NCBI GenBank assembly: GCA_048939765.1
Contig: JBHLPF010000025.1
Span: forward strand, 1-55,817
DNA from: Promethearchaeota archaeon
GTDB taxonomy: Archaea; Asgardarchaeota; Thorarchaeia; Thorarchaeales; Thorarchaeaceae
DNA length: 55,817 nt
Direction: 5' to 3'
Shown here: piece by piece, positions 48,865 through 55,817 of the stretch
How positions within the stretch are numbered: the first letter of the stretch is position 1
Layout: each line of letters begins with the position of its first letter
Position numbers and translations under genes: made by a program
The notes under the pieces: model-generated
What the model saw: the letters and a program-made list of their open reading frames with translations, nothing else
Databases searched by the model: none
Told to the model about the DNA's origin: nothing

Positions 48865-50097
48865 ATGTTAGACGTTAGAGATGATTTTCCAGTCCTGAAC
48901 CGCAGGATTAACGGACGCCCAATTGTGTACTTGGACAGTGCATGCATGGCACTAAAGCCCAGACAAGTAGTAAATGCCATGAACGAGTACTATGAGCAGT
49001 ATCCAGCCTGCGGAGGGCGAAGCATCCATAAACTCGGCGAAGAAGCCTCAAATGCATACACATCATCGAGGGCGAAGTTTGCTAGCTTCATCAATGCATC
49101 AGAACCTGAGGAGTGCATCTGGACGCGAAATGCGACAGAGTCTCTCAATATCGTAGCTGCCTCAGTAAGAATGCCTCCTGATGAGAAGATTGTAACGACG
49201 ACCCTCGAGCATCACAGTGGATCGCTGCCCTTTGTTGAGCGTGCTCGTCGTGATGGAATCAAGCTTGAAGTCATTGAAGCAAAGAGCGACGGCACCTTCG
49301 ATATAGAAGACTGGAAGCAAGTCATTGATAGTAAGACACGACTTGTTTCAATCGTACATTCCTCAAATGTGACTGGAACGGTAGCACCACTGAGGGAGAT
49401 AATCGAGATTGCACATGACCATGGAGCTTTGGTCATGTCAGATGATGCTCAGTATGCTCCACACCACCCACTCGATGTACAGAAACTGGATGTAGACTTC
49501 TCTGCCATATCTGTTCACAAGATGTGCGGCCCAACAGGGATGGGGGTTCTCTATGGCAAGTCTGATCTTCTCACTGAGATGGACATGTTCCTTGTGGGTG
49601 GCGACACCGTTTCAGACGTACGCTACGAAGACGGTCAAATACTTCCAGAGTATCTACCTCCTCCTGAGAAGTTCGAAGCAGGTCTCCAGAACTATGCCGG
49701 TGCAATAGGTGCTGGTGCTGCAGCAGATTATCTCCAACGCATAGGAATGCATGAAATCGAGAGGCATGAGCGCACATTGCTAGACAAAGCCCTCAAGGAG
49801 CTAAAGGACATGAACCATGTGAGTATCCTTGGGACCGATGATATCAACATCAAGACCGGTCTTGTCACATTTAGCCTGGACACTGTAGAGGCTGCCCATG
49901 ATGTAGCGGCATATCTAAATGACGAGTTCAATGTCATGATTCGTTCTGGTGCACACTGCGTCCATCCATTCCATTATCAAATGGGAATCAGTCCGATGAA
50001 GGGCACAGCACGAGCAAGTTTCTATCTCTACAACAACATGGATGATTTACAGACATTTCTAGAAGGAATGCATGCGCTGATTGAGGCGACATCATAG
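48865..50097 (+). CDS. sufS: Cysteine desulfurase (SufS/class II)
   Basis: VYLDSA, EHHS, SVHKMCGPTG (PLP Lys), RSGAHC. Confidence 0.9.
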   Translation: MLDVRDDFPVLNRRINGRPIVYLDSACMALKPRQVVNAMNEYYEQYPACGGRSIHKLGEEASNAYTSSRAKFASFINASEPEECIWTRNATESLNIVAASVRMPPDEKIVTTTLEHHSGSLPFVERARRDGIKLEVIEAKSDGTFDIEDWKQVIDSKTRLVSIVHSSNVTGTVAPLREIIEIAHDHGALVMSDDAQYAPHHPLDVQKLDVDFSAISVHKMCGPTGMGVLYGKSDLLTEMDMFLVGGDTVSDVRYEDGQILPEYLPPPEKFEAGLQNYAGAIGAGAAADYLQRIGMHEIERHERTLLDKALKELKDMNHVSILGTDDINIKTGLVTFSLDTVEAAHDVAAYLNDEFNVMIRSGAHCVHPFHYQMGISPMKGTARASFYLYNNMDDLQTFLEGMHALIEATS

Positions 50098-50121
50098 AAT
50101 GAAACCAAGGTGATCCGACCC

Positions 50122-52260
50122 TCAATTCATGAAACCATCTATTGCTTCTCTTATGCGCTTGCTCTCTTCAACAGGATTGGGGAAAGTGATGCTACGTGCG
50201 GTTAAGTCCAGTGAGTCCTTGAACCTTGATACAGATCCTTGGACCACAACATATCTTCCCAGAGCTCTATCAGAGTTCTGTTCCAGGGGTTCTAGACGAT
50301 TTCCAGAGCTCTTGATGAGTTCTTGAGCTTCCGCAGTTGTCATTTGAAGTAGTGCCTCTCCAGCCTCTCCGAACAGTGTTGTTCTAATTGTGCCAGACCC
50401 ATCATCAATGGTGATTCTGTACCTCATCCTATATTCAGGTTCCTTCACATCTCCACATACGGCACAAGTGAACCGTCCGCCTTCTTCATCCACCTTTTTT
50501 CTACAGTTCGGACAGGCAGGATAGATTGGGCTACTCTGGGCTATCGCCACCACGATTCCACAGACCTCCACACTCTTTCCTTCTGTGGTCTCTTCTATAT
50601 CCCCAATCAGTACTCTTCCAGCAGGGTGGGCTGCAGGTCGTGATGATAGTTCAGTCAACTCCATCTGTTCAAGGCGTGACCCCTTTGGATTGACCTCTAT
50701 CTCTGCTCGTCGACCAACATGTACCTCTACACCACCCCTGAATCCTTCCTTGGCATACGCGTGAGTGACACTGATCACATCCCCCTCATCAAGGGACTTT
50801 ATCTTGTCCACATCGTCATTCCAGAATGTCAGTCGAATCTGGGCTGTTTCGTCTGCTATGATGACATTCTGAACACGACCCTTTCCACCGTCCTTCCTGT
50901 CAAATGTATTGACTGGAAATACTCTGACCACCTTGCCCTCGACATCCACATCACGCATATCAACAGTGATTTCAGCGAGGGCTTTCTTACCAACCCCTTC
51001 AGGTGCTGCAACAGGCTCTGCCGAAACCTTCAGTTTCTTGAGCTTCGAGCCCTTTGGGTTGATGGCAACTTCGCCTGCTCGACCCATGTGAATCTCGACG
51101 CCGCCTCTATACCCCTCCTTGGCATAAGCGTGCTTGACACTGACCACATCATCCACTTTAAGGTCCTCAATCTTGTCGACATCCTCGTTCCAAAAAGTTA
51201 GTCGAATTTGTGCGGTCTCATCGGCAATGATTATGTTCTGCACTCTCCCCTCCTTTCCTCCTTTGTCAAATGTGTTAACTGGGAATATCTGAACAACCTT
51301 GCCCTCGACATCCACATCACGCAAATCAGTGGTTATATCTGCAATCTCTTTCTTGCCAGCAGGTGAGGCAGCGGTACCCGTAGTTGCTTCTACAGCATCA
51401 ACCTTTACATTCAAGTCCCTCTCGATCTGTGCTGATCTACCGGCATGAATCTCAATATTACCGTAGCGCCCACTCCTAGTGTATCCACCGTGAAGCCGGA
51501 AAACTTCTCCAACTTCAGCACTCTCCATCTCTTCAGCGTCCTTGTTCCAGAACACACATCTTATCTCCCCTGTTTCATCTGCGGCTATTATGCTCAGAAC
51601 TTTCCCTTCAGACTCACCCTCCTCTCTGGAGAATGTGCTCATTGGGAAGACCTTCTGAACTCTGGCAGTGATACTGATGTTGTACATCTTTTCCTCAACT
51701 AGATCGTTTATTTTCGTTGATACGGTCTCGCCAAAATCAATTCCAAGGTCTTCAATCTCATACTCGTCTAATACTTTTATGCCAGACATTCGGCCCATGT
51801 TGATCTCAAGAGCATCACCCAGACCCTTTTTGACATAGCCTCCACGCAGCTGAATGACATCCCCAATCTTGACTATATCTTCTTCAACGACTCTGCTTAT
51901 CTCATCCCAGAGAGCCACTCTCATCTCGCCCGTTTCATCTGCAACAATAAGACTGGCGACCTTTCCATCGCCCCCGTCCTTTCGCGTGAAGGCCCGAACT
52001 GGATTTATACTGACCACTCTTGCGGTCAGTGGGACTCTTCCTGTGGACTCTGTTATGTCTTCAATCCTAATCCGGGCTTTTGCAGAAACTTGCTGTAGGT
52101 CGATGCCAAGTTCCCGCGCAATAATCATTGCTGCCGACTCATCATTGACAACTTCTGGGCCAAGCTCCTGTCTCTTCCCATTAATCATTTTGAGAACTTC
52201 ATCACGCTGATGCTCTGTGTGTTTCAGAATGAGCTCAATCGTTTCCTCAAGTGTGAGCAC
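50122..52260 (-). CDS. rpa: Replication protein A large subunit (multiple OB folds plus Zn finger)
   Basis: Repeated IADETG..R..FW OB motifs; CPNC...CAVC. Confidence 0.9.
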   Translation of the reverse strand: MLTLEETIELILKHTEHQRDEVLKMINGKRQELGPEVVNDESAAMIIARELGIDLQQVSAKARIRIEDITESTGRVPLTARVVSINPVRAFTRKDGGDGKVASLIVADETGEMRVALWDEISRVVEEDIVKIGDVIQLRGGYVKKGLGDALEINMGRMSGIKVLDEYEIEDLGIDFGETVSTKINDLVEEKMYNISITARVQKVFPMSTFSREEGESEGKVLSIIAADETGEIRCVFWNKDAEEMESAEVGEVFRLHGGYTRSGRYGNIEIHAGRSAQIERDLNVKVDAVEATTGTAASPAGKKEIADITTDLRDVDVEGKVVQIFPVNTFDKGGKEGRVQNIIIADETAQIRLTFWNEDVDKIEDLKVDDVVSVKHAYAKEGYRGGVEIHMGRAGEVAINPKGSKLKKLKVSAEPVAAPEGVGKKALAEITVDMRDVDVEGKVVRVFPVNTFDRKDGGKGRVQNVIIADETAQIRLTFWNDDVDKIKSLDEGDVISVTHAYAKEGFRGGVEVHVGRRAEIEVNPKGSRLEQMELTELSSRPAAHPAGRVLIGDIEETTEGKSVEVCGIVVAIAQSSPIYPACPNCRKKVDEEGGRFTCAVCGDVKEPEYRMRYRITIDDGSGTIRTTLFGEAGEALLQMTTAEAQELIKSSGNRLEPLEQNSDRALGRYVVVQGSVSRFKDSLDLTARSITFPNPVEESKRIREAIDGFMN

Positions 52261-52416
52261 TTCTATTACCGTCCTGACGACCGCTGCTGGCGCTTGGTCA
52301 ACATCAACATCATGTACATCGTCTCTCCTTTAAAGCTCACTACTCAAAACTGCCGAGCTACCTATGTCCATCCGAAAGATAAAAGACGTAATCCCATAAC
52401 AAAGGTCTGACTAGCT

Positions 52417-55400
52417 GTGACCGAGTCTGTGCCAAGCCTTCCAGCCCATAGTGTGAGTTACGATGAGTATTTTGAGGCCATTAACAAAGAGGTCCAGAGG
52501 ATCTACAAGATAGCAGAAAAGGCTAGGGCAATGGGATTTGATCCTACAACTAGAGTGGAAATCCCTCCAGCTCATGATGTTGCAGCACGTGTGGAAGCCA
52601 CTCTTGGTGGACCAGTTGGTGTTGCCAAACGGATTAGAGAGCTTATTCAGGAATATGAAACTCGCGAAGAAGTGGCTTTTGCAGTTGCAAGAGAGATTGC
52701 AACAGGCAAGCTTGGAGCAATTGAAGACGAGGAAAAGGCCGCTGACAAGGCTGTTCGTGTTGCACTAGCCATCTTGACTGAGAGCATAACAGCAGCGCCT
52801 ATAGAAGGCATCTCCAAAGTCAAAATACAAGGACATGGCTATAGCAAGTATCTTGCTCTCTACTTAGCAGGACCAATCCGTGCAGCAGGTGGAACTGAGG
52901 CTGCTATGACGGTGTTGGTAGCAGACTATGTGCGTCAGGTTCTGGAACTGCCTCCTTTTGTGGCAACCGATCGTGAGATTGAACGTGCTATAGAGGAAGT
53001 TGAGTTATACGCAAGATACGTACATCTTCAATATCCTGTCCAACCTGAGTTGGTCAGGCTTGCTGCATCCAAACTTCCCATTATGCTAACTGGAGAGCCC
53101 ACAGAGGAATTCGAGGTCACCGGTAGTCGCGATATTGAAAGAATTGGGAAAGAGAATCGAGTTCGCGGAGGAGCCGTTCTGGTTCTTAATGACGGAGTCG
53201 TAGGCAGGGCAACAAAGCTGGCTAAGATAGTAAATGAGAACTCCATTGCAGGATGGGAGTGGCTGAATGATCTGGCAGCCAAGACATCTAAGGCCGCATC
53301 AGCTGAGGCTGAAGACTCCGTAGAGAAGAAACTTGAGCCCAAGTCTGACTATCTAGCTGATGTCATTGGAGGGCGGCCAGTCTTCTCTCATCCATCTAGT
53401 ACCGGCGGATTTCGACTGAGATATGGTCGGTCACGCAACACTGGTCTTGCTGGAGTTGGAGTTCATCCTGCTACTATGTTTGTGGTAGATGAGTTTCTAG
53501 CCCCAGGGACCCATATCAGAACCGAACGGCCTGGCAAGGGCTCCATAGTCGCGCCAGTAGACACGATAGAGGGCCCAATAGTCCTGCTTAAGGACAAGTC
53601 AGTTAAACAAGTGTTCTCAATAGGTGAAGCACGGAAACTTCAGGGTCAGATAGAACGAATCCTCTATCTGGGAGACATTCTGGTGGCATTGGGTGAGTTT
53701 CTAGAGAACAACCATCCACTGGTCCCTTCAGGCTACTGTGAGGAGTGGTGGTCCCATGACCTTGAAAGAGTCTATTCGAGTCTTGATACTAAGAAGATAC
53801 AGAAGCTCATCGCTGGGTCTGATGTCACCGTCGAAGATATTGACCAGCTCATTGAAACGCCATTGACCCGGATTCCAAGTCCAGAAGAAGCTATCTTTCT
53901 CTCAACCAAATTGGGGATTCCGCTTCATCCCAGATACCTGTACCGTTGGTCTGCTCTCACAGTGGAAGATATGCTTGATATCAGGAGCTGGCTGCTCAGG
54001 GAACACACGATTGAACGAGGTGCAGAAGGAGAACGGATGATACTGCCCTTCGATCAGAAATACAAGAACATATTGGAGAAGCTGGGAGTTTCTCACACTC
54101 TTATTGATGCTGGTACCCGAATCGAGCTTGCAGACAGCCCTCTGACTATCTTGTCGCAGCTTGGTGAGAAGAAGGACACGGCAGTCGGCAGCAATGCATT
54201 GGAGGCATTAGCTTCGTGTGCAAAAGTGCCCTTGAGAGATAAAATGGGCTTTTCTATTGGTGCTAGGATGGGCCGGCCAGAGAAGGCTCAAGAGCGGAAA
54301 ATGCGTCCTCCAGTCCAAGTCCTGTTCCCTGTTGGCCGTTCTCTCTCCACTGAACGCAGAATGGTGAAGGTAGCCAAGAGCACAGCGCAGGTGGCCCATA
54401 TTTCCGACTTCGACCTTGACAATGAAAAGAAGGACAATGAGAGAAACGGGGAACTTTCGTCTGTTGGAGTTAATCTTGAGCTTGTGAATAGAGTCTGTCC
54501 TAAGTGCAATAATGAAACCTTCGAATCAAGATGCAATGAGTGCGGCACTCATACCGAGGTGCAAATGTGGTGTTCTGAGTGTGGTAAGCCAGTAGACCCG
54601 ACCAAAGGAATCTGCTCAATGCATCTTGGTGCTAGGGTTCGAAGCACAAAGGAAAGGAAGGTTGACATAAGACGTCTGATAGAGCGTGTGAAGGTAGAGA
54701 TAGATGAGCCCCAAGCATATGACCTGCGTGCCGTTTTAGGTCTTACAAGTGATCTGAAGATTCCTGAATATCTTGGAAAGGGAATCCTTCGCGCTAAACA
54801 CGACGTGTATTGCTATCGCGACGGGACTGCACGATTTGACGTCACAGATGCTCCTCTTACACATTTCAGACCCCGAGAAGTTGGGGTTCCAGTAAGCAAG
54901 TTACGGGAACTAGGCTATATCAGTGACCATCAAGGGGCTTCTCTCGTTTCCGATATGCAGATACTCGAGCTCAAGGTACAGGATCTGATTGTACCCGAGA
55001 ACTGCGCTGATTACATGGTTCGAGTAGGACGATTCGTGGATGACAGCTTGGAAAAGATCTACAAGAAGAAGAGATACTACAACTTCAAGGCTCCAGAAGA
55101 CACCATTGGTCAGCTTGTTGTTGGTCTGGCACCACATACATCCGCAGGAATCATCGGAAGAATTGTTGGATTCACAAATGCCAGTGTTTGCTATGCGCAT
55201 CCGTTCTGGCATGCAGCAAAGCGTAGAAACTGTGATGGAGATGAAGATGCAATTATCCTGGTGCTTGATGCACTCATCAACTTCTCTAAGGAGTATCTTC
55301 CCGCAGGACGAGGAGGTTTCATGGATGCTCCTCTTGTCCTCTCAGTCATACTAAATCCCGAAGAGGTCGATGATGAGAGTCATAACATTGAGGTCTGTTA

Positions 55401-55817
55401 TCGCTATCCCGCTGAGTTCTATGAAATGGTTTCCAAGGCTCAACATCCTAAGGCTGTCCAACATCTTGTTGATATTGTGGGGTCCCGTCTGGGAAATGAG
55501 GAGCAGTACGAGGGGTTCGGCTTTACTCATGATACATCCTCGATAGACGCTGGTCCTCGGAACACAAGATACAAGACTTTGGGAACTATGGCTGAGAAGC
55601 TTGAAGCACAGCTTCACTTAGCAATTCTTCTTGATGCAGTCGATTCGAAGGATGTAGCTGAGAGGGTTCTTTCCCATCACTTCATTCGTGACATACGGGG
55701 CAACCTCCGTGCATATTCTACTCAGAAGATACGGTGCCGCAGATGCAACAGAGTCTACCGTCGAATACCTATGTCTGGCAAATGTACAAGATGCGGTGAG
55801 GGATTATTGCTCACGGT
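52417..55817 (+). CDS. polC: DNA polymerase D large subunit DP2 (truncated by window end; not in ORF track)
   Basis: GTG 52417 is in frame with AGPIRAAGGT, FRLRYGRSRNTG, catalytic RNCDGDED and a C-terminal CxxC. Confidence 0.96.
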   Translation, partial: MTESVPSLPAHSVSYDEYFEAINKEVQRIYKIAEKARAMGFDPTTRVEIPPAHDVAARVEATLGGPVGVAKRIRELIQEYETREEVAFAVAREIATGKLGAIEDEEKAADKAVRVALAILTESITAAPIEGISKVKIQGHGYSKYLALYLAGPIRAAGGTEAAMTVLVADYVRQVLELPPFVATDREIERAIEEVELYARYVHLQYPVQPELVRLAASKLPIMLTGEPTEEFEVTGSRDIERIGKENRVRGGAVLVLNDGVVGRATKLAKIVNENSIAGWEWLNDLAAKTSKAASAEAEDSVEKKLEPKSDYLADVIGGRPVFSHPSSTGGFRLRYGRSRNTGLAGVGVHPATMFVVDEFLAPGTHIRTERPGKGSIVAPVDTIEGPIVLLKDKSVKQVFSIGEARKLQGQIERILYLGDILVALGEFLENNHPLVPSGYCEEWWSHDLERVYSSLDTKKIQKLIAGSDVTVEDIDQLIETPLTRIPSPEEAIFLSTKLGIPLHPRYLYRWSALTVEDMLDIRSWLLREHTIERGAEGERMILPFDQKYKNILEKLGVSHTLIDAGTRIELADSPLTILSQLGEKKDTAVGSNALEALASCAKVPLRDKMGFSIGARMGRPEKAQERKMRPPVQVLFPVGRSLSTERRMVKVAKSTAQVAHISDFDLDNEKKDNERNGELSSVGVNLELVNRVCPKCNNETFESRCNECGTHTEVQMWCSECGKPVDPTKGICSMHLGARVRSTKERKVDIRRLIERVKVEIDEPQAYDLRAVLGLTSDLKIPEYLGKGILRAKHDVYCYRDGTARFDVTDAPLTHFRPREVGVPVSKLRELGYISDHQGASLVSDMQILELKVQDLIVPENCADYMVRVGRFVDDSLEKIYKKKRYYNFKAPEDTIGQLVVGLAPHTSAGIIGRIVGFTNASVCYAHPFWHAAKRRNCDGDEDAIILVLDALINFSKEYLPAGRGGFMDAPLVLSVILNPEEVDDESHNIEVCYRYPAEFYEMVSKAQHPKAVQHLVDIVGSRLGNEEQYEGFGFTHDTSSIDAGPRNTRYKTLGTMAEKLEAQLHLAILLDAVDSKDVAERVLSHHFIRDIRGNLRAYSTQKIRCRRCNRVYRRIPMSGKCTRCGEGLLLT

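Overview
Archaeal chromosome segment, most likely Asgard (Thorarchaeia-like). This is an inference from the combination of fused RpoB, PolD, Elf1, an Arf-like small GTPase, tandem SH3, GOLD-like and GIFT-like proteins. The window is mostly core information-processing genes: RNAP B/A'/A''/D/N, NusA, r-proteins, EF-1a, aIF5B, RPA, PolD, Lhr and Elf1. It also has lipid genes (egsA and an mvk-ubiD-acnX archaeal mevalonate operon), four tRNAs (three carrying five introns in total, four of them at non-canonical positions), SRP RNA and a solo TnpB. The classical operons are fragmented and filled with accessory genes. The most unusual signals are: (1) an operator-controlled operon of two related micro-peptides (36 and 26 aa, missing from the ORF track) coupled to an MFS exporter; (2) multi-intron tRNAs, with conflicting splice folds in tRNA-Asp; (3) a histone-H1-like Lys-rich tail on RNAP subunit A''; (4) a structured RNA sitting where rpoH normally lies; (5) a tRNA-Asp mini-island bounded by a collapsed tRNA copy; (6) a kinetoplastid-like mevalonate kinase. 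All family assignments come from motif recognition, not from database searches.
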